From the NCBI GenBank assembly GCA_963784785.1, contig CAWASW010000007.1, forward strand, positions 66,394 to 130,393: a DNA stretch of 64,000 nt. Reading direction: 5' to 3'. The number at the start of each line of letters is the position of its first letter. The first letter of the stretch is position 1. Positions 29,060-37,219 of this stretch are shown here, piece by piece. The stretch is from Candidatus Woesebacteria bacterium (GTDB lineage: Bacteria > Patescibacteriota > Microgenomatia > UBA8517). The position numbers and the translations under genes were made by a program. A model generated the notes under the pieces. That model was not told the DNA's origin. It saw only the letters and a program-made list of their open reading frames with translations, and did no database searches.

Positions 29060-29473
29060 TCAAAGTTTCTTTAATATATCTTTGTTAATTTTTATGTTCT
29101 CCAATGCAGACTTTGCTGCGGCTCTAGCAAGAGAAATTGCATTTTTAATATCTGGCATTATGACCTTATCGTGAAGTTTGCCGATTTTTAGTGCAAGTTC
29201 TTGCAATTCTTTTGATATTTCTCTAATTTCAAGTGACCTTTCTATAGATCTTTCTAAATATTTTTTTGACTTAGAAATTTTTAGTTTTAATAACTTGATT
29301 TTTTTTAATTTCAAATTGAGTTCTCTAACTCTGTGATGAATTTCTTTTGTCACGTTGTTCGATTCCAAATTACAAAGCATATCTAAAATTGAAGCTACGT
29401 AGAAGGCTGTAGTACTTGGATTAACTTTTCTTTTAGTTACCAGAATTTGATTCTGGCAAGCTTTGCTTATCAT
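29060..29473 (-). CDS. Hypothetical basic coiled-coil protein (possibly spurious; overlaps the folD 3' end)
   Basis: ORF overlapping folD by ~40 nt. Confidence 0.25.
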   Translation of the reverse strand: MISKACQNQILVTKRKVNPSTTAFYVASILDMLCNLESNNVTKEIHHRVRELNLKLKKIKLLKLKISKSKKYLERSIERSLEIREISKELQELALKIGKLHDKVIMPDIKNAISLARAAAKSALENIKINKDILKKL

Positions 29474-30290
29474 CTTCTATACTAGTTATAGTACTAGTTG
29501 CAGCTAAAATCAAGTTTTCGGATAGACAGGTAATTGTAACTGGTCCTACTCCCCCAGGTACTGGTGTAAAAAAGCTTGCTTTGTTTGAAACTTCTTGCAT
29601 AACGTCCCCTTGAGGAGAACCAACATCAATTACAATTGCATCCTCTTTGACCATTTCTGGAGTGATCAAATTCATTGCCCCTGTAGCTGAAATTACGGCA
29701 TCAGCCTGCAGGGTGGAACCCTTCAAGTCCTGTGTATCTTTGTCTACTTCCAAAACAATATATCCTAATTTTTTTAGCTCGTTAGCGAGCGGTTTTCCAA
29801 CCATTCCATTTGCTCCGATAACACACACAGTAATCACATCAATTCGTGTTTCGAATATCGCTAAAGCCAAAACCTCCATAACAGCTTTTGAAGTTGGATG
29901 AAGAAAAAGACTATCGCTTTGCAATCCATCGACATCCTTTTGTCTCGCGATAGAATTTACAATTTCCAATTTCCAATTTTCAATATTCTTTGGCAATGGA
30001 AACTGAACCATAATTCCATGAATTGTTTCATCATCATTTAGTGTTTGAATCAAAAACTTTATATCATCGAATTTGACGTCCTCTGGTAACTCATAGATAT
30101 CAACTTGACAGCCAAGACTTTCGATAAATTTCTTTTTTAAATTTGTATATAAAATACTTGCTGGGTCAGTTCCTATAAGTAAAGTAGCTAAATGAGGAAC
30201 AATACCTAAACCACGGACTTTATCAACGCTACTTTGAAGTAACATCTTTTTCTTCGCTACATATTCCTTGCCATTAAAAGTTATTGCCAT
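29433..30290 (-). CDS. folD: Methylenetetrahydrofolate dehydrogenase/cyclohydrolase
   Basis: FolD family pattern and NAD(P)-binding GxxGxVG (IGANGMVGKP). Confidence 0.85.
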   Translation of the reverse strand: MAITFNGKEYVAKKKMLLQSSVDKVRGLGIVPHLATLLIGTDPASILYTNLKKKFIESLGCQVDIYELPEDVKFDDIKFLIQTLNDDETIHGIMVQFPLPKNIENWKLEIVNSIARQKDVDGLQSDSLFLHPTSKAVMEVLALAIFETRIDVITVCVIGANGMVGKPLANELKKLGYIVLEVDKDTQDLKGSTLQADAVISATGAMNLITPEMVKEDAIVIDVGSPQGDVMQEVSNKASFFTPVPGGVGPVTITCLSENLILAATSTITSIEDDKQSLPESNSGN

Positions 30291-30310
30291 AATATGCGTA
30301 TTGTACCAAA

Positions 30311-31543
30311 TTATGGAAGAGGAAATCTTGAATTTAGTTTTTTGATTTCAGCTGCAATTGATTTCAGCATTTTAACATCTTCTAAATTAGCAACCACCTG
30401 CAATATATATTTTGCAATTAATTTCATTTCTTCTTCTTTCATTCCTCTTGTAGTCACCGCAGGAGTTCCAATTCTAATTCCTGATGGGTTGAATGGTCCA
30501 GCAGAATCATTAGGAACTGAGTTTTTATTAACAATAATTCCAGCCATCTCCAAAGCTTCTGCAACTACTTTTCCAGTCAAATTTTTAGGTCTTAGATCAA
30601 CAACTATCAAATGACATTCAGTTTTCCCTGTAACAATTGTGAGTCCTCCTTTTACCAATTCCTCAGATAAAACTTTGGCATTTTTGACAACTTGTTGACC
30701 ATATTGTTTAAATGCTATCCCTTCGGCTTCGGAAAGGGCTATAGCAATCCCTGCAGTTGTATTGTTATGTGGCCCACCCTGTAATCCTGGGAATACTGCC
30801 CTGTCTATTTTTTTAGCTATTTCTGCATCCTTTTCAATTCCTTTTTTGGTCACCATTATCATAGCTCCTCTAGGACCTCTTAGGGTCTTGTGAGTAGTGG
30901 TTGTAACAATATGTGCATATGGAACTGGAGATGGATAAGCATCAGCTAAAACAAGTCCTGAGACGTGAGAGATATCAGCAATAAGCCAAGCCCCAATAGA
31001 ATCTGCAATATCTGCAAACCTTTTCCAATCTAAAATAAGTGGATATGCTGTTGTCCCTATAAATAATAATTTTGGTTTTTCTTTCTTAGCCAGTTTCTCG
31101 ACATCATCATAATTTATGATCCCAGAATCATCAGTTCCAAATTGTACTGATTTAAAAAACTTTCCAGAAAAAGTAATATTTGGATGCCCATGAGTTAAGT
31201 GACCACCAGAAGATAATTTCAAACCCATGATGGTGTCGCCTTGGTTTAGAAGGGCAAATAAAACTGCAGAATTTGCAGGAGATCCTGAATATGGTTGGAC
31301 ATTAACATGCTCTACTTTGAACAACTCTTTAGCTTTTTCAATAGCTATTGTTTCGATTTGGTCTACAAACTCATTACCCTGATAGTATCTCTTGCCACTG
31401 TACCCTTCTGCGTATTTATTCATGAGTACTGACCCAACTGCATTTCTGACATCCTTTGATGCATAGTTCTCAGAGGGAATCATCATCAAGGTATCTCGTT
31501 GCCTTTCTTCTTCTTTTTTAATTAAATCGAGAATTTTATTCAC
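30311..31543 (-). CDS. glyA: Serine hydroxymethyltransferase
   Basis: LMMIPSENYAS, PLP-lysine region TTTTHKTLRGPRG. Confidence 0.9.
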   Translation of the reverse strand: MNKILDLIKKEEERQRDTLMMIPSENYASKDVRNAVGSVLMNKYAEGYSGKRYYQGNEFVDQIETIAIEKAKELFKVEHVNVQPYSGSPANSAVLFALLNQGDTIMGLKLSSGGHLTHGHPNITFSGKFFKSVQFGTDDSGIINYDDVEKLAKKEKPKLLFIGTTAYPLILDWKRFADIADSIGAWLIADISHVSGLVLADAYPSPVPYAHIVTTTTHKTLRGPRGAMIMVTKKGIEKDAEIAKKIDRAVFPGLQGGPHNNTTAGIAIALSEAEGIAFKQYGQQVVKNAKVLSEELVKGGLTIVTGKTECHLIVVDLRPKNLTGKVVAEALEMAGIIVNKNSVPNDSAGPFNPSGIRIGTPAVTTRGMKEEEMKLIAKYILQVVANLEDVKMLKSIAAEIKKLNSRFPLP

Positions 31544-31558
31544 AATTATTATTATACA

Positions 31559-32068
31559 TTACCTTTCTTTTCCTATATATGCACCTTCAATCATTCCTCT
31601 AAACCACAATCTATTTGAGACCTCTCGTATTAAATTGGCACGAACCACTTCAATTTCATCATTTGCATTAACAACAACCCAACGAGCATCTATTTCTGCC
31701 ATTTTACGATAGCCAGCATTAGCACGCCTATGAAATGCTTCACTCATTGCGTCCATTCTGTTCCATTCACCACTTTGTGATTTTCTACCTAATCCGACTT
31801 CGATATCCACATCTAATAGAACAGTTAAATCTGGTTCCAAACCTCCAGTTGCAAAGGTAATCAAATCGTTAAGTTTATGTATGCTTTGTTGATGACCAAA
31901 ACCTTGATAAGCTATGGTGGAGTCATAAAAACGATCGCAGACAACTATTTGCCCCAATGCTAATTTCGGTTTAATTACTTCTTCAACTATCTGAGCTCTT
32001 GCCGATTGATAAAGTAATGCTTCAGTTCGCGGATGCATCTCAACGTTTTTGATGTCATGCAAAACATT
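31559..32068 (-). pseudogene. tmk: Thymidylate kinase, C-terminal portion (separated from its N-terminus by an IS insertion)
   Basis: HPRTEALLYQSARAQ...DRFYDSTIAYQG...PDLTVLLDVD are the Tmk LID/core motifs; the fragment joins in-frame to 33199-33420 once the IS plus one TSD copy are removed. Confidence 0.75.
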
Positions 32069-32147
32069 GGCTTAATAGCATAGTGTGTTGATATAACAGA
32101 AAGATATAGTTGATAATACGCCTCATTTTGAGTTTGAATAGTATTCA

Positions 32148-32726
32148 ATGGGTCAAAGAACACTTTTGTGCATATCCTGTAATAGTAAAATGTTTCTGTG
32201 GGGAAAGACTGGAACTGGAAAGAAAAGATGGTTTTGTAAAGTTTGTAAAACTTCAAGAATTTACCACAATAAAAAGAAAGATTTTAAAGTAGTTGATCTT
32301 TTCAGACAGTATATTTTGTGGGGTTTGACATATGAAATGCTGTCTTCTGTCTCAGGTTTGTCTGTAAGATATTTGGAGGGTGAATTTCATAAGTTATTGC
32401 TTCTTGATCCTCCAAAACTTCCTAGATTTGATCAAACTTTGTCTGGAAGAATTGATACTGCATATCTTTTGATTGATGGGCTTTGGTTTGGAAGATGGTT
32501 TGTCTTGATGCTGTATAGACAAAGTGGAACTTTGTACCTTTTGCATGTATCTATTGCTGGTAGAGAGGCTTCAACAAAAATAGTTAAGGATTTGAGGTTC
32601 ATAAAGGAGGAATTAAAATACACATTTTCAGGCTCTGTAACAGATGGAGGAACTGCCATTTGTTCTGCGGTTGATGAAGTGTATCCCCCACTCTCCACAT
32701 CAGATATGTCTTGCTCATATGCATAG
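32148..32726 (+). CDS. Transposase, N-terminal part (C2C2 zinc-finger region)
   Basis: CISCNS...CKVCK zinc-ribbon; continues into the overlapping ORF in another frame. Confidence 0.55.
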   Translation: MGQRTLLCISCNSKMFLWGKTGTGKKRWFCKVCKTSRIYHNKKKDFKVVDLFRQYILWGLTYEMLSSVSGLSVRYLEGEFHKLLLLDPPKLPRFDQTLSGRIDTAYLLIDGLWFGRWFVLMLYRQSGTLYLLHVSIAGREASTKIVKDLRFIKEELKYTFSGSVTDGGTAICSAVDEVYPPLSTSDMSCSYA

Positions 32727-33171
32727 AGATATTGTAAATGCACTTGGTAGACACTCAAAAGATAGAAGAATTGAAGAATTAATAAAAATTGCAAACCACA
32801 TTTGGTTCATAGAAAGTCATGAAGCTTTGAAATACTGGGAAACAATCTTAAAAGATTGGGTTAAGGCTAATTTCTTCTTTCTGAAAGAGATGAGGACAGA
32901 TGATTCTGGCCACAGTTGGTATATTCATAAAGGTGTGAGAAAAGCTGTCAGGATCCTAATTAAACTTCCAAAAACCTCATTCAAGTTTTTAGACCACCCA
33001 ACTATGCCAAAAACAACAAATGAAATTGAAGCTACATTTGGGCATATAGGACAAAGATGGTTAAGACATAAAGGCCTTAAAAAGACTCGTTGGGAAAGTT
33101 ACCTTAAATGGTTTGTATATTATTACAACTTTGAAAAAATGAAGGCCGATAATAAAACAAAACAGGATTAG
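32644..33171 (+). CDS. Transposase, C-terminal part (frame +1 relative to 32148-32726)
   Basis: Overlaps the previous ORF by 83 nt; TTNEIEATFGHIGQRW resembles the T-N-x-x-E motif near the C-terminus of several DDE transposase families. Confidence 0.55.
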   Translation: MEELPFVLRLMKCIPHSPHQICLAHMHRDIVNALGRHSKDRRIEELIKIANHIWFIESHEALKYWETILKDWVKANFFFLKEMRTDDSGHSWYIHKGVRKAVRILIKLPKTSFKFLDHPTMPKTTNEIEATFGHIGQRWLRHKGLKKTRWESYLKWFVYYYNFEKMKADNKTKQD

Positions 33172-33198
33172 AAAAACAACACATTAGTTCCATTAAGC

Positions 33199-33420
33199 CA
33201 AAACATTTCTTATTTGTTCTCCAATTGAAGTTCCACCGGGCTCACGAGTTGGAAAAACAGTAAAACCTTGTTCTCGTAGAAATTGAATAAGACGCGGCAT
33301 CTGTGATGTTTTTCCACAGCCCTCCTCCCCTTCCAGATTTATTAAAAATCCACCATTTATTTTTCGCATCTTGAGGCAAAGATATCTCAGAGCTATCAAA
33401 ACTTCAATGAGGAAAAACAA
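33199..33420 (-). pseudogene. tmk: Thymidylate kinase, N-terminal portion (P-loop)
   Basis: FLINLEGEEGCGKTSQ P-loop and TREPGGTSIGEQIRNVL; read-through into the IS ends at a TAA 3 nt past the TSD. Confidence 0.75.
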
Positions 33421-33423
33421 ATT

Positions 33424-33849
33424 TCATTTTCTGCCAGTACTTCCAAAGCCCTTTTCGACTCTTGAAGAATCTGACAAATCTTCTACAAGTTCGATTGTTG
33501 GTTGTTTTGCATTTTGTAATATTCCCTGTGCAATTTTATCTCCCACTTCAATTTTATAGTCATTTCCACTCAAATTAATCATTATAATTTTCCACTCTCC
33601 TCTGTAACCTGAATCAATCACCCCACCCATAACATGCATTCCTTTAATTGCCATACTACTTCTGTCTCTGATTGATACAAAATAATCGTTAGGTATTTCT
33701 GATGAAATTCCGGTTGCAACAGCATAGTACTCCATTGGTATTAAAGTTTTCACTTCAATTGAATATATTCCAAACCCAGCGTCATCAGTATGTGCATACG
33801 ATGGCATAATTGCCTTCGAGTCAAGAAGTTTAAATTTTAGTTTGTTCAT
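33424..33849 (-). CDS. dut: dUTP diphosphatase
   Basis: dUTPase motifs GVIDSGYRGE and C-terminal GFGSTG. Confidence 0.85.
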   Translation of the reverse strand: MNKLKFKLLDSKAIMPSYAHTDDAGFGIYSIEVKTLIPMEYYAVATGISSEIPNDYFVSIRDRSSMAIKGMHVMGGVIDSGYRGEWKIIMINLSGNDYKIEVGDKIAQGILQNAKQPTIELVEDLSDSSRVEKGFGSTGRK

Positions 33850-34262
33850 TAAAATGATGTTTTAATTCCTACTTTTTTAAAATCAGAATCGAGTGTAAAA
33901 ACTTCATTAATTTTATAATCTTTAACCAAATTAAAAATTGAAGCGTCTACAAAGGATAGCTTATGTTCTGCAAATTTAATCATCGTCTCTGTAGATTTAT
34001 CAAACATAACTTCATCAACATCTAGCACTTTCAGCTCGCCAGCTTTGATAGCAGTATCAATTTGGTTTATTATTTTCTTCAAAACAACCTTTCCCAAAGT
34101 ATAAATAACTCTTGTATAAAGTTCATTCAATACATAATAAGAAGTATAAAATTGATATCTGTTATTGACATACTCGTCAAAATTACTTGAAGCCTCTTTA
34201 TGTTTGATCTCATTTTTAACAAAAATTGCCAAATAAGCACTAGTGTCAATAAATATTTTCAT
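33849..34262 (-). CDS. PIN-domain toxin (VapC-like)
   Basis: MKIFIDTSAY start and PIN acidic residues. Confidence 0.75.
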   Translation of the reverse strand: MKIFIDTSAYLAIFVKNEIKHKEASSNFDEYVNNRYQFYTSYYVLNELYTRVIYTLGKVVLKKIINQIDTAIKAGELKVLDVDEVMFDKSTETMIKFAEHKLSFVDASIFNLVKDYKINEVFTLDSDFKKVGIKTSF

Positions 34263-34265
34263 TAG

Positions 34266-34487
34266 TTAGTCGATTAAATACTCCGTATCGTCTTTCATTG
34301 CATAGTTTGTTGATTTTTTACCAAGATCAATTAAACCAATAAAATTCTGAAGATTTGATTTTTTGGCAAGTGGAGTTTTTGTAACAGAAAGAATTTTCAG
34401 CACGTTATGAGCATAGCGATCTACAAGATCTCGAATGATTTTTGATCTTGAAACACCTGTAAATTCCTGAGTTTCGTCAATTATCGC
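34266..34487 (-). CDS. Possible ribbon-helix-helix-type antitoxin ORF lacking a canonical start codon
   Basis: ~70-codon open frame ending TAA 3 nt upstream of the PIN ATG (…SGSVAIIDETQEFTGVSRSKIIRDLVDRYAHNVLKIL…); no ATG/GTG/TTG in frame, so it is absent from the ORF track. Confidence 0.3.
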   Translation of the reverse strand, partial: AIIDETQEFTGVSRSKIIRDLVDRYAHNVLKILSVTKTPLAKKSNLQNFIGLIDLGKKSTNYAMKDDTEYLID

Positions 34488-34609
34488 TACTGAACCAGAA
34501 TCTAAATATATTTAGTATCTTGTCATGAATATACATTACTATATATGGTGTATGTTTGTCAATATCTTTGGCACTTTTCTTTTTACTTATATGTTGTATA
34601 AATATCTAA

Positions 34610-35152
34610 ATGCTAATTATTGGAATTACAGGCACTTCAGGGGCAGGAAAAGGAACAGTCGTCGAATATTTAGTCAACAAACTTAAATTTAGACATTATT
34701 CTGTTGGCGATTACTTAATTGAGGAAATTAAAAAAAGAGGTTTGGAAGCAAATAGAGACAATCAAAGAGAGATTGCAAATGAGATAAGAACATTAAAGGG
34801 ACCGGATTTTATTACACAAGAATTATTTAAAATTGCAGAATCAAAACAAGAAAATGCAATTATAGAAAGTATCAGAAATCCAAAAGAAGTAGATTTCATA
34901 AAATCAAAGGGCGGCAAAATGCTTGCGGTAACTGCTGACCAAAAAATAAGATTTGAAAGAATTAAATTAAGACAATCTGAAAAAGACAACGTAACATTTG
35001 AGGAATTCCAGAAACAAGAAGAAAAGGAATTTCAAAATACTGATCTTAATGCACAGAATCTTCCAAAGTGTATTGAAATGTCTGATATTATTATTACTAA
35101 CAACGAGAGTTTAGAAAAACTATATGAACAAATTGAAGATGCAATTAAATAA
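34610..35152 (+). CDS. P-loop nucleoside/nucleotide kinase-fold protein (dNMP-kinase / dephospho-CoA-kinase-like)
   Basis: N-terminal Walker A GITGTSGAGKGT at residue 5; ~180 aa; overlaps the dCMP deaminase gene. Confidence 0.45.
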   Translation: MLIIGITGTSGAGKGTVVEYLVNKLKFRHYSVGDYLIEEIKKRGLEANRDNQREIANEIRTLKGPDFITQELFKIAESKQENAIIESIRNPKEVDFIKSKGGKMLAVTADQKIRFERIKLRQSEKDNVTFEEFQKQEEKEFQNTDLNAQNLPKCIEMSDIIITNNESLEKLYEQIEDAIK

Positions 35153-35627
35153 TCATGTTCGCCCTAGCTGGGATGAATATTTTTTAAATATTATGAGAAC
35201 TGTGTCCGAAAGGGCGACCTGCGACAGAGGACGAGCGTCTTCAGTTTTTGTAAAAGATAAACAAATCCTAGTAACTGGCTATGTTGGCTCCCCTATTGGT
35301 ATGCCACATTGTGATGAGGTTGGGCATCAACTCAAAAAAACAATTCATGAAGATGGGACAATTACTGAACATTGTGTCAGAACAGTACATGCAGAACAGA
35401 ATGCAATTTGCCAAGCTGCAAGACGCGGTGTCCCGCTTGAAGGCTCTACAGTTTACGTCAATATGACCCCCTGCAGAACTTGTGCAATGCTTCTAATTAA
35501 CTCTTGCATCAAAAGGGTTGTTGCAGCCAACAAATATCATGCCGGCGCCGAATCCGAAGCAATGTTTGCAAAGGCAAAAATAAAACTGGAATTTGTCTCC
35601 TCAGAAGTGGTGAAATATAACAAGTAG
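35124..35627 (+). CDS. dCMP (deoxycytidylate) deaminase, zinc-dependent
   Basis: HAEQNAI ... PCRTCA zinc-binding motifs of the CDA/dCMP deaminase family. Confidence 0.85.
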   Translation: MNKLKMQLNNHVRPSWDEYFLNIMRTVSERATCDRGRASSVFVKDKQILVTGYVGSPIGMPHCDEVGHQLKKTIHEDGTITEHCVRTVHAEQNAICQAARRGVPLEGSTVYVNMTPCRTCAMLLINSCIKRVVAANKYHAGAESEAMFAKAKIKLEFVSSEVVKYNK

Positions 35628-35650
35628 CTCGTTCCAAGTAAAAAATAAAT

Positions 35651-36483
35651 TTAGACAATACCTTTTTGAGCCTTCATATCAGCAATTGTTGGAGTTGGCC
35701 AAACTTCTTTCATTTTATTTAATACTGTTTGTTCTGGAACACCCAATTTGACACCAGCCCTAATAACAACATCTACATCTGACTTTCTAGATTCTAAAGA
35801 AAGTGGAAGCCCCAGCTCTTCTCTGTCTTCATTTGTAGAAGTACAAGCTTTAGCTATTTTTTTAAAGACATTTTCATTTAATTCGCCCTCTGTTATATTC
35901 ATCGCCTGTGCTATTTCAGCTGTTAATATATGGCTTGGCAATCTAGATTTTCCACTCTGTTCATCTTTGATTTGCCTTTTGTCCAAAATATCGTTTCTAG
36001 TTTCTTTTGTAGCTACTATTTCTTTACCAATATGTAATAGAACTCTGTCTTCAACTTCTTCTTTTGGAAAACCTACTTTTTGTGTTTCATCAAAAAATCT
36101 TGTAATTCCATCTTTTGTTTGTAGACTATCAGCTCTCCAAGAGGAAAACACTGTAAAGTAATTGTCATAAACAATATTAGCTGCGTCTGGATGAACATCC
36201 AAGGCTTTAACTAAATGTAATCTGGATTTTGTAACCTGCAGAAAGTGATCACTTGTTTGTCCAGACAGTGTATAGTGCTCACTATCTCGTAAAGTACATT
36301 GATTTATACCAACACATAAGTCTTTTTCTGCTTGCGTTGGAATATTGGGGGGGTATTTACTTTTGCCTCTGCGATTTCCTTTTGTACTAATACAAAGCTT
36401 TCTCTCCAACTAGCATCAGTGGCTTGATTATAAAATAATGCCTTGTAATCAATTTGTTGTTGAACTGGACTTTCAGGTAACAT
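35651..36483 (-). CDS. Hypothetical protein interrupted by a frameshift at a G7/C7 homopolymer (36344-36350)
   Basis: The frame starting ATG at 36483 (MLPESPVQQQIDYKALFYNQATDASWRESF...AKVNT) runs into the C7 tract and stops; the long ORF 35651-36409 continues in the adjacent frame. C8 would fuse them into a ~277-aa protein. Confidence 0.45.
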
Positions 36484-36529
36484 AATTTATTATAACACTT
36501 TTTGTTTATCGTCTAATTAACAAAAAAAC

Positions 36530-36811
36530 TTAATTAAATCTAATTTCCAAATTCTTCCCAAATGCTTCGGCGATTTTTTGTAGAAGGCCAATTGAAGGGC
36601 TGACAGTCATATTCTCTATCCTTGATATTACAGCCTGAGTTGTTTTTGCCTTTTTGGCAAGTTGCCTCTGAGACATCTTTGCATCAATTCTAGCTCTAAT
36701 TAATGCTCTTTGTGCTTGATATGCAGGTTCAAGCCTGTCCCATTCTTTTTTAAACTCAGGATCTTTTAATTGTTCTGCAAGATATTCATCAAAATTTGTG
36801 TGTTTAACCAT
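36530..36811 (-). CDS. XRE-family HTH antitoxin (HigA-like)
   Basis: Cro/C1-type HTH (MSQRQLAKKAKTTQAVISRIE) directly downstream of the RelE/HigB-like gene. Confidence 0.7.
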   Translation of the reverse strand: MVKHTNFDEYLAEQLKDPEFKKEWDRLEPAYQAQRALIRARIDAKMSQRQLAKKAKTTQAVISRIENMTVSPSIGLLQKIAEAFGKNLEIRFN

Positions 36812-36835
36812 AAGATTATGATATCTAATAAGGTA

Positions 36836-37174
36836 TCACATGTCAAGTAGTGTTTTATACCTACTAATTGCGACATTTAACTCTTTTATTGGAGTTTTCT
36901 GACTTTTTTTAACAAAAATATTTAGAATCATTATCTGACCATTTATTATTGATACAAGGATGATCCTGATATTATCATTACCTAAAATTCTATATTCCCA
37001 TAACTTTGTACCGATTAACTTTCTTAAATTTGGAATATCTCTACTTATACCAAATTCCTTTAACGCCGCTATAGCTTTCAATATTTTTGACCTGTACTGC
37101 TTTGAAGAATCATCAAGAATTTTCTTTACAACAGCCTTCCCATTTGAAGATGTATACAGCTCGACAATATACAT
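36836..37174 (-). CDS. RelE/HigB-family toxin (Gp49-like)
   Basis: ~110 aa; KLWEYRI...RIILV...KKSQKTP pattern of HigB/Gp49; toxin-first order. Confidence 0.65.
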   Translation of the reverse strand: MYIVELYTSSNGKAVVKKILDDSSKQYRSKILKAIAALKEFGISRDIPNLRKLIGTKLWEYRILGNDNIRIILVSIINGQIMILNIFVKKSQKTPIKELNVAISRYKTLLDM

Positions 37175-37219
37175 AAATTAATATTAGTACAAATGTTATT
37201 AAAAATAAAATTGAGGCGA

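Larger units (their letters stand above)
32069..33198 (+). mobile_element. Insertion sequence (~1130 bp) with imperfect ~23-bp terminal inverted repeats and an 8-bp target-site duplication AAAACATT; IS1595-like by size/TSD/zinc-finger transposase (family assignment tentative)
   Basis: Left end GGCTTAATAGCATAGTGTGTTG vs right-end revcomp GGCTTAATGGAACTAATGTGTTG; direct repeats AAAACATT at 32061-32068 and 33199-33206; the interrupted host gene reconstructs in-frame. Confidence 0.7.
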
